A DNA stretch of 56,962 bases from Octopus bimaculoides (Eukaryota). Location: assembly GCF_001194135.2 (NCBI RefSeq), contig NC_068988.1, forward strand, positions 74,204,738 to 74,261,699, given 5' to 3'. Of this stretch, positions 33,761 through 46,612 are shown in pieces. Position numbers and translations under genes: made by a program. The notes below the pieces were generated by a model. The model was not told the DNA's origin and made no database searches. It worked only from the letters and a program-made list of their open reading frames with translations. Within the stretch, counting starts at the first letter, position 1; every line of letters starts with the position of its first letter.

Positions 33761-36059
33761 CTTTATTTGAATAAAGGCAGGAAAAGCTTTATCTTGCATT
33801 ATCTAAAAGCTACGAGAATTCAATAATGTGATATGTTTATTTTTTTAGCAATTTCATAGAGGAATCAGATATGGCTGGATTTGGCCAGTTCAAACAAATA
33901 AAAGGAGAATAATTTTTGGCCAGCTTTGGGGTCTAAACTTGTGGTTAGAACATTTCCAGAATTTCCTGATGGCCTCACTACATCTGATAGTGCAGAGCAT
34001 ACTTGGTTTGTTTCTGCATTTAAGGCCTACATCTTATTACCATGTAGTATTGTTGTTTATATATATAAGTAACATAGTTTGATTTTTTATTACCAGAGGT
34101 AAAAGCTTTCTGAACTTTCTCCTACCCGTTCTTACCAAAGCAACTATACTTTCAGAACATCTTGTATCACTGCAGACTAAGTCGCCTATCAGTTAGTTCT
34201 AGAGATCCTCCCAGGCATGAGAGAATCTGTTTCCACTATACTCATGCATATCTGCCATCTACAAAGTCTTTCTCTACATGAATTGAATATTTCTGTGTCT
34301 TCCTCTTTATTATGAAAGGATTGTCAAGAATTGGGATTTGTTTTGTCTTGGTTTTGGCATTATTTATTAAGTCTTTCTTTTACGTCCTGAGTTCAAATTC
34401 CGCTAAGATTGACTTTGCCTTTCATCCTTTCAGGGTTGATGAATTAAGTACCAGTTACATACTGGGGATCGATCCAATCAACTGGGACCCCTCCCCCAAA
34501 ATTTCAGGTCTTGTGCCTATAATAGGAAGAATTATTTATTAAGTCTTTCTGATATTTTTGTCCCTAGAGGAATATTTTTAAATCTCCCAGATGTCATTAC
34601 CTAGTTCAACCTATAACTACTGCACATATAGAATTATGTATTCTATATATAAAATGGTAAGAGAATAACTTAAGAGTAAACCAACTTTATTCAATTTTCC
34701 CTATCATTAAGAATATTTTTAAAGAGTTAATAGGTCTGAACAAAGGATTCTGAGTGTCACCTCCATAGAGATGACAAGAGATTGAGAAAATGTGGTGATA
34801 TCATGCAAGACATGCATGTCCAACCTGTACCAGCTTGCAAGATGGGCATTAAAACATTGATGATGATTTACAAGGTTTTTCTATAACCCACTTTGCTTAT
34901 GTCCTAAGTTGAAGATTACGCCACACTGATAAATTAATATTCAGTTTAGCCCTCAAGTCATGAAGGAATCATATTATAAAGAAACGATAAAATTATATAA
35001 AACTACACCCAAAACCAACCTATTCTTTTGAAGATATATATGTGTGTGTGTGTGTGTGTGTATGATAAAACAATTGAAACAAAAATATATGTAACATGAA
35101 AGAATATAGGGAAACTGAGGTACAAAAAAAAACATCTTTAGACAGAAACTAATTTTGTTAATAAACTTAGGAAAGCAATGAACTGGCAGAATCACTAGAG
35201 CATAGAAAAAATGCTTTGTTCTTCATTTCTGAGTTCAAATTCCACAAAAGTCAACTTTGCTTTTTATCCTTTCAATAAAATACCAGTCCAAGAAGTGGGA
35301 TTGATGATGTCAACTAATCTCCTCCCCTCAAAATTGTTGGTCTTGAGTATGAACCAGAAATGATTAACATACTTGGGTTAAAAAAATAAGTAATAAGTTG
35401 GCTATGAAATAGATATTATTTAATAGAAATGGCAGTTACTGGCTACCCCATCCCTAATTCACTCTGTCTCACTCCCAGTACATAGTAAATCATCTCCTTG
35501 GGAACAATGACTTAAAGCTGAATGATTCAAACAAATCCCAGGGTAAAACATCACATTTTATTAAAATATTGTTGAATCACTGACTACATTACAAATAAAC
35601 AAACCATAAAATCTCAGAATTAATTTAAAAAGAAACAACAATAAAAGTGTTGTTTTAGTTTCCTAGTTAGAACAAATGTAATGTATTGACAGGATTATTT
35701 TTAATAGAAAGACTTGAATGCTTATATTATGAAACAAAACTATTTAGTGATGTCAATAGAGAATTCAAAGTGGCATGTCACGTGAGCAATTTGTTTGTTT
35801 TTGAATGGGATTTGCTAAGACGCCGTCTATGTACTCAAACAGAATTTCTGTAATGCCCTCAGCATAAGGAAACACAAAACAGTAAAACTAGTGTTTTTTC
35901 CCCACCTTTAAAAGAAATGTATTGTGTATGTGCATCTTGTGGGATTTTAATGACTTGGTTGAAGTAGTGGCAAATGGTTTTCTCTGTAGGAATTAGACAA
36001 AAGCAGTATCCTCCTGTATTACATTATATATTTCATTAGATGAAATTTTATAATTATTA

Positions 36060-36720
36060 GTAGCATCAATAACATTCAAGTATGAATTGTCATCACAGAA
36101 CACAGAAGAGTCAACACCATTATGAGATGAAATTTCTTTAACAAACAAGATCATCTTTTGCAATGTTGGTAGTCTTTAGACTGAGATACTTCTCTTCAGT
36201 TCCCCCATACATTTTTATTGGTTTCAAAACGAGTGTGGTACTCTTTTTTTTTTTTCTTTCTCTGTTGCCTTTTGCTTTTCTTGGGGTTGCTTTAAGAAAG
36301 AGATTGATCTGTTCTGACAAGATAATGATGGTAGACCTGCCACAAAACCAATGTAAAATGACTGGGCATAGCAGTATATGAATGGTTCTGTAGATTTTGT
36401 TGATGCTTGTAGCTCGACAAACTTGTAGCCTCAGGAGTCCTTAATGGAGTCACTTCTCACTTCATGAACAATAAAAACCTATATACTGGTTAATGTTCCA
36501 TGATGCTGGGTATTTTCTGTTGTTTCTATCGGCAAACTCTTAGAAAAGCTTTCTTCCTTTCGTTTGAAGGTGTACATATCTATGTATTTATACTCCTTCA
36601 TGAGTCCAATATTAATATAAACTCGTTCAGAGTATTTTATTAATACACCTGATTCCATGCATAATTTCCATTATCAACATTAGAGTTTCTAATTTTCTTT
36701 TCCAACATACAGTGGTCAAC
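36060..36720 (-). mobile_element. pogo/Tigger-like (CENP-B-type HTH) transposase remnant
   Basis: - strand EFADRNNRKYPASWNINQ...LRTPEATSL-RATSINK resembles pogo-family 'LSLRTPEATSL.R...FNK'; degraded. Confidence 0.6.
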
Positions 36721-37291
36721 CATTTTTTGTCAAAAACTAAAATTTAAAAAAATAAAACGTATTTTCCAACATGAAGATTAAAATTTGAAACCAAATTACA
36801 ACTGAGAAAATTATTATGCTCCAAAAATAAGTTACAGTAGCTTGTTATTCTATATTCTAATTCTATAATTAAACAGTACAACTAAACCTCTGACCTTTAA
36901 CTTAAAACCCATATTAAGGGAAGAATTCTAAAGCCTGATACTAGGAATCACCAATTTGCTCTTCCTCTGTACATTGCCACTGAGAAAGAGAATCTTATGT
37001 CCCTCTAAAGAGCAAACACAGTGATTGCTGTTTGGACAAGAAATAATACCATTATAATCTTAATTTCACCTTATACAGCACTCCATTTTTTAAAAATTCT
37101 GAAAAGTTGTAACTCTGTAATAATGAAAGGAAGAGTACCTCTAAATAATATTTTTCACTTTAATTTGTGTCCTTCAACTTGCACAATGTACAACAATGCT
37201 CAACTAAGCAGAGATTTCTTTTGTAAAATAATCTTTCTTTGTAAGGTCCAGAATATATAAGATATTGTATATATTCATATACATATATTCT

Positions 37292-37633
37292 ATTGTGGAG
37301 GTGCAATGGCCCAGTGGTTAGGGCAGTGGACTCGTGGTTTCGATTCCCAGACCGGGCGTTGTGAGTGTTTATTGAGCGAAAACACCTAAAGCTCCACGAG
37401 GCTCCGGCAGGGGATGGTGGCGAACCCTGCTGTACACAACTTTCTCTCACTCTTTCTTCCTGTTTCTGTTGTACCTGTATTTCAAAGGGCCAGCCTTGTC
37501 ACACTCTGTGTCACGCTGAATCTTCCCGAGAACTATGTTAAGGGTACATTTGTCTGTGGAGTGCTCAGCCACTTGCACGTTAATTTCACGAACAAGTTGT
37601 TCCATTGATTGGATCAACTGGAACCCTCGACGT
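37292..37633 (+). mobile_element. tRNA-derived SINE (third family), truncated by a gap
   Basis: Head GGAGGTGCAATGGCCCAGTGGTTAGGGCAG...GGTTTCGATTCCCAGACC (A/B-box-like) with a CpG-containing body. Confidence 0.7.
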
Positions 37634-38021
37634 NNNNNNNNNNNNNNNNNNNNNNNNNNNNNNNNNNNNNNNNNNNNNNNNNNNNNNNNNNNNNNNNNNN
37701 NNNNNNNNNNNNNNNNNNNNNNNNNNNNNNNNNNNNNNNNNNNNNNNNNNNNNNNNNNNNNNNNNNNNNNNNNNNNNNNNNNNNNNNNNNNNNNNNNNNN
37801 NNNNNNNNNNNNNNNNNNNNNNNNNNNNNNNNNNNNNNNNNNNNNNNNNNNNNNNNNNNNNNNNNNNNNNNNNNNNNNNNNNNNNNNNNNNNNNNNNNNN
37901 NNNNNNNNNNNNNNNNNNNNNNNNNNNNNNNNNNNNNNNNNNNNNNNNNNNNNNNNNNNNNNNNNNNNNNNNNNNNNNNNNNNNNNNNNNNNNNNNNNNN
38001 NNNNNNNNNNNNNNNNNNNNN

Positions 38022-38236
38022 ACGTAAACACACCAGCATCAGTTGTCAAGCGATGTTGCAGGGACAAACACAGACATACAAACATATACACACACATACA
38101 TATATATATATACAACAGGCTTCTTTCAGTTTCCGTCTACCAAATCCACTCACAAGGCTTTGGTCGGCCCGAGGCTATAGTAGAAGACACTTGCCCAAGG
38201 TGTCACGCAGTGGGACTGAACTCAGAACCATGTGGT
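38022..38236 (-). mobile_element. SINE head/body (same family as 9035-9425)
   Basis: CACTTGCCCAAGGTGTCACGCAGTGGGACTGAACTC... Confidence 0.75.
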
Positions 38237-38499
38237 GGGTAGCTGTTCCTCAATGTCAAATAAATCAACACTAACTTTTAGTTCTTTATGAAAATATGTC
38301 AAACAGGACATACACGAGAATTCTGAGAGTACAGTCTTATCAAAAATAGTAAGTTATCTCATTCATATAGACCTAGTTGTAATCATAAAAAATAGTGTTG
38401 GCAGGCTGTTATCACATTATTGCATCTTTCTTGTGTGAAAACATAACTTCTTTAATTAAAGCAGATTTTTTTATGACATTGAAATAGTTACTTTTTTGT

Positions 38500-39264
38500 T
38501 CATACACAAGCATGTTTTGTTAAGTGACTATTTTGAGAGAATGATTTACCACAAATATTACAGTGATATGGTTTTTCTCCTGTATGAATACGTTTGTGTT
38601 TAGTTACATCACTGTTTTGAAGAAATGATTTACCACAGACATCACATTGATATGGTTTCTCTCCAGTATGAATACGTTTGTGAGTAATTAAAGTACTATT
38701 TACAGCAAATGATTTGCCACAGATATCACAGTGATATGGTCTCTCACCTGTATGAACACGTATGTGAGTAGTTAACTCATCATTTCGATAAAATGATTTA
38801 CCACAGACATTACAATGATATGGCTTCTCTCCTGTATGAATGCGTTTGTGAACAGTTAACTCATTTCGAGAGAATGACTTACAACAGATATTACACTGAT
38901 ATGGTTTTTCTCCTGTATGAATGCGTTTGTGAGTAGTGAGATTACCTTTCTGAGAGAATGACTTTTTACAGATATCACAGTGATATGGTGCCTCTCCTGT
39001 ATGAATACGTTTATGTGTAGTTACATCACTACTTCCAGAGAAGGATTTACCACAGACATCACACTGATATGGTTTTTCTCCAGTATGAATACGTTTGTGA
39101 GTAGTCAGGTTACATTTTAGAGAGAATGATTTACCACAGATATCACAGTGATGTGGTTTATCTCCTGAATGAATACGTTTGTGGGTAGTTAGGTTACCTC
39201 TTTGAGAGAATGATTTATCACAAATATCACAGTGATATGATGATTTTCCACACTCATTCGGCAT
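38500..39264 (-). CDS. Tandem C2H2 (Kruppel-type) zinc-finger protein, 254 aa, 8 complete fingers plus 1 truncated
   Basis: First ATG at 39264 ([15 protein letters not shown]...); an in-frame TAA lies 9 codons upstream. Repeated Y-H/Q-C-x2-C-GKSF...H-x3-H-TGEKP with an intact frame. Consistent with the known octopus C2H2-ZNF expansion. Confidence 0.9.
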   Translation of the reverse strand: MPNECGKSSYHCDICDKSFSQRGNLTTHKRIHSGDKPHHCDICGKSFSLKCNLTTHKRIHTGEKPYQCDVCGKSFSGSSDVTTHKRIHTGEAPYHCDICKKSFSQKGNLTTHKRIHTGEKPYQCNICCKSFSRNELTVHKRIHTGEKPYHCNVCGKSFYRNDELTTHIRVHTGERPYHCDICGKSFAVNSTLITHKRIHTGEKPYQCDVCGKSFLQNSDVTKHKRIHTGEKPYHCNICGKSFSQNSHLTKHACV

Positions 39265-39954
39265 CTCTTCAGGAAACAAAATCAATTTTTAAGTTACACA
39301 GAGTATTCACTTGTCCATAATTTTTCTTGTCTCATTACAATAAATAATTAGTTTTCTTGTTTTTTTAACGTTTGTATTTACTTTTCTATAGTTACATCAA
39401 ATGTGACCTGTGTCAATACCTGAAGATGCAGCAAACTTCTTTGTAAATTTATCCAAGTTAAATTACAATCAAAATCATCTTGTACTCATTCCAAGCAGTA
39501 GAGAATTGATGACAATAATTGCAGTTCAAACAAAATATTTCACAGTAATTCTATTATAGATTTATACAATTTGGGTTATATTTATTATACACAGCATCTT
39601 CCTTCAGTTTGTAAAAGATGATAAATATGGACGATGACGTATCCCATGTAAAATGTTGTAATAATGCCATCTGATATTCTGAAAAAAAAAAAAAAAAAAA
39701 TGAGAAATAGTGTAAGATATAGAAGATACTTAAAATGCAGAGATTCAACTAAATATTTTACTATATTTATATATAAACAGTTAACTGAACTCAATATGTC
39801 CCACTCTTCTCATGATGAACAAGAAAGATTGAAAAGTAAGGAGGAGACAGATATATAAATAATGTATGAAATCAAGTAAAACAGTGGAAAGTGTAGAAAA
39901 TGAAAGAAACAATAACAATGAGTAGAATGAAAATAAACAGACAAAATGAAAAGA

Positions 39955-40325
39955 AATAGAATGCTTCTCCTGCAGTTGCCTTACTACAAAGATAGCATCA
40001 CTAGTGCTTCTCCCTGGCACAAAACCAAACTGCATCTCATCTAGGTTAACTCTCTTCCTTAGTTGAGCAATGACCCTTTCAGTAACTTTCATCACCTGGT
40101 CCAGCAATATGATACCTCTGTAATTACTTCTGTCTGAGGCCCACCTTTACTTTCATAGCAGTTGACTATAATACTACAACATCAGTTGTTGGATATGACC
40201 TTCTACTGGATAACCTGATTAATCATATGGGCAACTAAACCATATCCCACTCCACAAGATATTTTAAGCATCTCAGCAGTAATTTCTGATAGGTCAGAGA
40301 CCTTCCTCTGGCCCATTAGTAATTA
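39955..40325 (-). mobile_element. RTE LINE RT fragment
   Basis: MLDQVMKVTERVIAQLRKRVNLDEMQFGFVPGRSTSDAIFVVRQLQEKH. Confidence 0.85.
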
Positions 40326-40329
40326 CTGC

Positions 40330-40373
40330 TTACAAGAGAAGGAAAGGGCGAGAGTATGTTGAGATGATATGTG

Positions 40374-40420
<47 letters not shown>

Positions 40421-40487
40421 ACATACACACACAAACATCCATACAGACATATACATATATGCAGACAAATATACATACACACACAAA

Positions 40488-40565
<78 letters not shown>
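40330..40565. repeat. Compound (TA)n/(CA)n/(TG)n microsatellite
   Basis: Directly visible. Similar arrays at 12883-12975, 13212-13340, 23387-23435, 27955-28035, 44220-44320, 44866-44945 and 45360-45520. Confidence 0.95.
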
Positions 40566-40570
<5 letters not shown>

Positions 40571-41018
40571 AAATATAGAAATATTCCATTGACATTCAAT
40601 AATTTATTTATATTACAATCTTACATTAAATACTATGAATATAATATAACATAATATTATATAGATAATTATAAAAACCATAAAAGGCCAACAAATTGTT
40701 TCGACACATATTTTTTCTGATATACAAAATCACACTTCAATTATATACAAGTCACTTTTACAATCCAGCCGTCCTTTCCAGACCGAATTTCGTCTTTCTG
40801 AACCAATGGACCCTGAAGTGACTTATATATAATTGAACTGTGATTTTATATATCAGAAAAAATATATATAAGTTGAAACAATTTGTTGGCCTTTTACAGT
40901 TTTTATAATTATTTATATAATATTATGTTATGTTATATATCATATTCATAGTATTTAATGTAATATTGTAATATAAATAAATTATTGAATGTCAATGGAA
41001 TATCTCTATATTTAATTT
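40565..41018. repeat. Fold-back palindrome (arms ~40565-40758 and ~40816-41018)
   Basis: TCCATTGACATTCAATAATTT vs AAATTATTGAATGTCAATGGA; GGCCAACAAATTGTTTC vs GAAACAATTTGTTGGCC. Confidence 0.9.
40808..40891 (+). ncRNA. Type I hammerhead-ribozyme-like motif (one core substitution)
   Basis: GGACC-CTGAAGT-GACTTATATAT...ATATATAAGTT-GAAAC-AATTT-GTT-GGCC: 11-bp stem II, C-G closed stem III, stem I GG(A)CC/GGCC. The core reads CUGAAGU rather than CUGANGA. Confidence 0.55.
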
Positions 41019-41127
41019 ATATTTATTATTGAATTATACCAATATTTATATGGTATCCAACTGAAGTACCAGTGAATTGGATGTTCAACACACTCCTTTG
41101 AAGGATTTCGTTTCCTCAGTTTGTTAC

Positions 41128-41503
41128 TATATATATATATAAAGAATAAGGAGAAAATGGAGAGGTAATTAATAAAATATTATTTATTAATTATAAAATA
41201 TGACATCTCTGACAGCTGTTTCGATTCAGTAATCTTTAGATATTTAATTTATAAAATTAAAATCATTATAAGATGAATCTTTTCAGAGGTAGTAAAGATA
41301 TACCAATTAGAAATACATGTTGAGATAACAGCTATTAACTGTTAATGGTTTATAGCCACTTGTCTTATAATGATTTTAATTTTATAAATTAATTATCTAA
41401 AGATTACTGAATCGAAATACCTGTCAGATATGTTGTCATATTTTATAATTAATAATACTTTATTAATTACCTCTCCATTTTCTCCTTATTCTTTAAATAT
41501 ATA
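41128..41503. repeat. Fold-back palindrome (arms ~41128-41272 and ~41363-41503) with a degenerate hammerhead core on the - strand
   Basis: Arms are reverse complements. - strand CTGAAAA-GATTCA...TGAATC-GAAAC-AGCT-GTC-AG (41209-41286). Confidence 0.85.
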
Positions 41504-42359
41504 GATATATGAACCACAGTTTATATGGTTACCTTATAGTTGAACTTTCTATGGATTGGTAACTAACCAGTATTTTCATTGGATTTTATTATCCCTTAAT
41601 GAGGTTTATATCCTTTACTTGAATATATATATATATACACACACACATACAGAGAGAGAGAGAAAGAGATATGTACATACATATATACCATATAGACATA
41701 TACATATAAACACAGACATAGACACACACACATATATACCTATACAAATATACATACATGTGCACACATATACATGTGTAACAGGTTGAATGAATGTGGA
41801 TTCGTCCTTTAATTGGAGTGGTTTCCAAAAGAGATTTCTAACATTGATTCTTCATACTTTGCTGTGAGTTTACTGGTATAAATTGGCGAAGATATGAATA
41901 GTAGTATTAGAATATTAAGTGTATGATTAATTCATGGAATGAAGTTCTACAAATCCAATCATATTTGTCAAAATGGAGGAGATAAGATGTTAAAAAGTTA
42001 TAAGAAGTTTATTCATGCATACAATTGTTTTGTACATAGATAAAATTCATATTTGAATTGAAAATTATCATAGTACTCATTAGTGCAGAGAGAAAATAAT
42101 AATAGGAACTTAAAAAAAAGAACAGAGAAGTTGGATCAATGAGTTTCATGTTTGTCTGTTCCTGTCTGTGTGCAATATTGATGGGAGTCATGTGAAATAT
42201 TAACAATCTTATTTCTTCATTGTTTTGTAGTTTAGCTCTTTCCATTGGGTGGTGCTGAAATTTGAAGTAATTTTTTGTTTGTGCAGGGCATAATAGGGAA
42301 AATTTTCACTGCGGTAACAAAATTCATTGAGATTATTATTTCTGTCTTTGTGGGGGATG

Positions 42360-43900
42360 TGAGGAAATAACAATCAAAGAAGCGGACAAAGGAAGTGCAG
42401 TAGTGGTAATGGGCACATTTTACTACAAAAATCTAGTAGTATCCATACTTAATAATGATGAACACTACAAAAAAGTCAACAATTACATACCCTGAAAAAT
42501 AATGAAAAACCTCTTTTCAATACTCCAAACCCATGGAAAAGACGTAACAAAAAAAAGAAATAGACTATTTGATAAACTATAAATGTAAACCTAGCCTTTT
42601 CTATGATCTACCTAAACTTTACAAAAGCCAAACTATAAACGAAGCCATCAAAAAATCTCCAAAGGCATACATACATACATACATACACCAGCAGACCTAA
42701 AATTATGGCCCATTGTAGCTGGACCATCCTGTGAAATACATTAAGTTGCTTCATGGACATTCTCCTGAAACCATTTCTAAAACATATCAAGAGTCATATT
42801 AGAGATGACTAAGATATGTTAAATCACCTTCCAGAAAGAGTCAAGGAGGAAACAATCATGGTATCATTTGATGTGATTAATTTATACACCATCATACCCC
42901 ATAGTTATAGAATAGAAGCAATCCATTTCTGGCTGGACAAATATTCATAAGAAATACCAGAATGGATCAACAAAGATTTCATAATCGAATCAATTAAATT
43001 CATCCTCCAAAACAACCATTTCATGTTTGACACCACTGTTTATTGCCAAAAATTTGGAATTGCAATGGGAACCAAGGCAGCCCCAACCATTGCCAATCTA
43101 ACAATGAGCTATTTAGAAATAACAATATATCAGGAGTCTTTTTCAAAATTTGGAAACCCTGTCTCCCAATACATAAAAGAAAATTGGAAAAGATTTTTGG
43201 ACAACTGCTTCATCCTCTGGAATGAAGACATAGATAAGCTCCTAGAGTTCAAAAGACTTCTCAATAACATTATCACCAACATACAATTTACAATGGAACA
43301 CAACCATGAGGCACTCCCATTCCTAGACATACTGATTCAAAAAATAAACAAAAAAATTCTAAGTAACCATAAAATCATTAAGAGCAGCAAACAGCCTAAG
43401 ATACTGAAAAAGATTCTCAGCAATGTCAAACTATTCTCTAGAACAACGGACACAATAGTCGTAAAGTGTGGTCGCCCTAATTTCAGAACATGTCCCAGTC
43501 TCTTGGAAGCATCAGAATTCCATTTCTGACAAGGACAAATATTCAAAATCAAATCTAACTTCATTTGCACCTCCAAAAACCTCATTTATGCAACCAGATG
43601 CTTGGGCTGCCATCGAAACTATATTGGCTCAATAGGAAATTGGATCTGAAAGAGATGTATGTTCCACAGACAAATTTCCTCCCCAACAATATCACCAAAT
43701 ATACCTCAGTCAACACACTAACAAATGTGCAGAACAATTACAACTACAATTCATAATTTTCCCATTTTATTAACTTGCCTTCTGGACCTCAACACAAGTA
43801 AGACTGAACAAAGAAGCCTGATTTATCCAAAAATATAAAAAAGAATTAAATATGAACCCATATTAAAAATAAAGGACTTACCCCATCTTATGGAAGATAT
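42360..43900 (+). mobile_element. Penelope-like retroelement (RT + GIY-YIG), pseudogenised
   Basis: KEADKGSAVVVM, FYDLPKLYKS, VSFDVINLYT, QKFGIAMGTKAAPTIANL, WKRFLDNCF, IQFTMEHNHEALPFLDILI; GIY-YIG CTSKNLIYATRCLGC..YIG; many stops. Confidence 0.9.
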
Positions 43901-44236
43901 AAGCCAAAATAATTTATAGAACACAAAAGAACAAAAAAAAAAGTACAGATTTACTTCCCCTTTACTGCAAAATAAATGAGTGAACAATTATCTTCCCTAG
44001 CAATTTATCTTTTTCAACTCTCAGTTTGATGAGCAATGCAAAACTGGTCCTTACTTCAATTATGTTGAAAGAACAAAACCTGATTTTGCACAAAATTGTA
44101 TAATACCTTTATTATCATGGCCCTAATATACTCTTAAATCATGTAAAACAAATCTTCTATATTTTTTCATCTTTTCGCTTTATATATATCCACCATGTTT
44201 CCCCACTAAAATATTTTCTACTAAACACACACACAC

Positions 44237-44269
<33 letters not shown>

Positions 44270-44311
44270 CATATATATATATACACATACACACACAGAT
44301 GTATACATATA

Positions 44312-44730
44312 TATATAGTAAATCCCAAAAAGAACAAACAAAACAACAATGCGAGAACGTGGTACATGTAAAGTATTAGCAGACGCTCAGGGAAGGAAAG
44401 AAAAATGGTTTAATGTTTCGAGCAGATGCATTTCTTCAGAAACAGAGGCAAGTCCAATAGAAGGGAAGACGGAAGAAAATCGCCAACGATTCACATGTGG
44501 TTACATGTTGAAGTGATTCACATGTAGTTACATTTTGAAATCATTGGAGATTTTCTTCCTCCATCTTACCTTCTATTGGACTTTCCTCTGTTTCTGAAGA
44601 ATAGCGTCTGTTCGAAATGTTAAACCATCTTTATTTCCTCCCTTGAGCATCTGCTAATACTTTACATGTACCATGTCCTCGCGTTGTTGTTTTTTTGTGT
44701 TTGTTTGTTCTTTTTGGGATTTACTATATA
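44312..44730. repeat. Fold-back palindrome (~185-bp arms), each arm with a minimal hammerhead motif
   Basis: - strand 44408-44443: GTTT-CTGAAGA-AATGCATCTGCTC-GAAACATT-AAAC. + strand 44590-44625: GTTT-CTGAAGA-ATAGCGTCTGTTC-GAAATGTT-AAAC. Confidence 0.9.
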
Positions 44731-44864
44731 CCACACGCTCACATAAACCCCAACCTTCTGACTGACTTCAGAATACCTAATTCGCGGAATTCTTTCTACC
44801 ATCGGATTACATTACCTTGTTCATTCGGAATACGCCATTTCTGCACCTTGATTTTGAATCATTA

Positions 44865-44912
<48 letters not shown>

Positions 44913-45230
44913 CATGTATGTATGTGTATATATACATATGTATACATGATTTTTACCATTCTATAAAATTCGACCTTTAACTGTCTTCTTACATTTCACT
45001 TCCACTAAATATATCTACTTACAAGCCTTTAAGCTTTATTCCTATCGCTATATATCTTTCCACTATTAGTTTTCTGCTAATTTCTTTCTTTCTCCTCCTC
45101 TTTCTATAAACTGCCTTTGACGTTATATCTATTAACGGTTTTATTTTTAAAAACTTGCTAGCATTCCCTTCATCATATACGCAGTCATCACATTCTGTTA
45201 AAATGTCTTACTGATGTGTTTGGTTTCTTT

Positions 45231-45319
45231 CTTTTCCTGATGACATGATTGCATTGTTTTACATCATTTTATTCCTTCTGGAATAATACCAATGTTTTCT
45301 TTGAAACATATGTCGGAAG
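45231..45319 (+). ncRNA. Type I hammerhead-ribozyme-like motif with a long stem II region
   Basis: CTTTTC-CTGATGA (45237-45243)...GAAAC-ATAT-GTC (45303-45314)-GGAAG; palindromic loop III; stem II imperfect. Confidence 0.5.
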
Positions 45320-45473
45320 TAAAAAGATTTCAATAACACCTGCGTTTAACTCCATTTATTTATCTATTTATCTATCTATCTATCTATATACATACATACA
45401 TATATATAAATGTGTGTGTGTGTGTGTGTATGTATCGTTGGGTTTTTTTCCATTTGTGATTTACATTTATGTA

Positions 45474-45507
<34 letters not shown>

Positions 45508-46369
45508 TATATATACACACATAATAATAATATTAGGGATAAAATCCAAAATTACAGGTAAAAACTCAATTAAAATCAATTTATTAAAAATTAAAATTAA
45601 ATTAAGTTTCAGAGTAAAATATATATAAATATATAGTTTTAGGGAAAAGAACCAAGGTTCATGAACTCATCGATGAAAATCCAGTCACATATAGAAAAAT
45701 TAATAATTAAAAGCACAATAAATGAGTATAATATAATACAAAGTAAATATCATAAGATAAAGACAATAAAATGACTACACGTGTTTCATAACTAATTTTC
45801 AAATAGGAAGGAAATTTAAATCGATTAAAACTATCGAAAATCAATTCTATTAAAGAATATAGCTAATCTTTGGAAATTAGTTGTGGAGAAACGGCGAAAA
45901 CGAACAGTTTCGTAACATTGTTTACAAAATAGACGGTGATCGTTTGCGAAGGATCACAGTCGCTAGAAGGGGACTTAACTCATGCTCCGACTTTAAAATT
46001 GTGATAATTGGCTATACAAATGCTTGTGCAAAACAACTTTTTGTGCTACCCTGATTATACATAGCAGGATAATCCCTTTTCGCAGGAGCTAGGACGGCAA
46101 TTTGTGATGAAGCAATTGCTGGCGATCTGTTGCTACACAGTTCTGCTAGAATTCTATCAGATTGGGCAATAGATGTTGATGCACCATTTTGCATTATGTT
46201 TGAAGTAGCTTCTGGAATGTGGTGAATTGGTGCAGTCTGTTGCTGTCTTTTTAAACCGGTTGCATTCTTTCCCCAGCAAACTCTCTTCTTTGTAGGCATA
46301 ATCTATGTACATATTAAACAGAACAACAAAAGTTATAACAGATGGCAGGGTCGGCAGTTTTCACATTTC

Positions 46370-46552
46370 GGTAATTTTTCAGATTAACACCCGCACGATT
46401 ACCTAACCCTAACCCTAAAACCCTAATCCTAACCCAAACCCTAACCCCTAACCCTAAAACCCTAACCTTAAAACCGTAACTGTAACACTAACCCTAATCC
46501 TAACCCTAACACCATAGTGAAAATCGTGCGGGTGTTAATCTGAAAAATTACC
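46370..46552. mobile_element. 183-bp MITE (Merlin-like) carrying telomere-type (CCCTAA)n repeats
   Basis: Perfect 31-bp TIR GGTAATTTTTCAGATTAACACCCGCACGATT (46370-46400/46522-46552), perfect 8-bp TSD CACATTTC (46362-46369/46553-46560), interior of ~120 bp degenerate CCCTAA. GG-start TIRs with an 8-9 bp TSD are typical of Merlin; hAT is not excluded. Confidence 0.85.
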
Positions 46553-46612
46553 CACATTTCTAATGAAGTTCACTGATTTGCAATGAATATCTTTCTCCTT
46601 TCTATCATGTCC

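Noticed and set aside
20958-37360. tRNA genes at SINE heads (20958-21020, 37292-37350)
   Set aside because: A/B-box-like heads continue into SINE bodies and do not close a cloverleaf.
46401-46521. True chromosome end or fusion site
   Set aside because: The array is short, single-orientation and enclosed by TIRs and a TSD, so it is transposon cargo.
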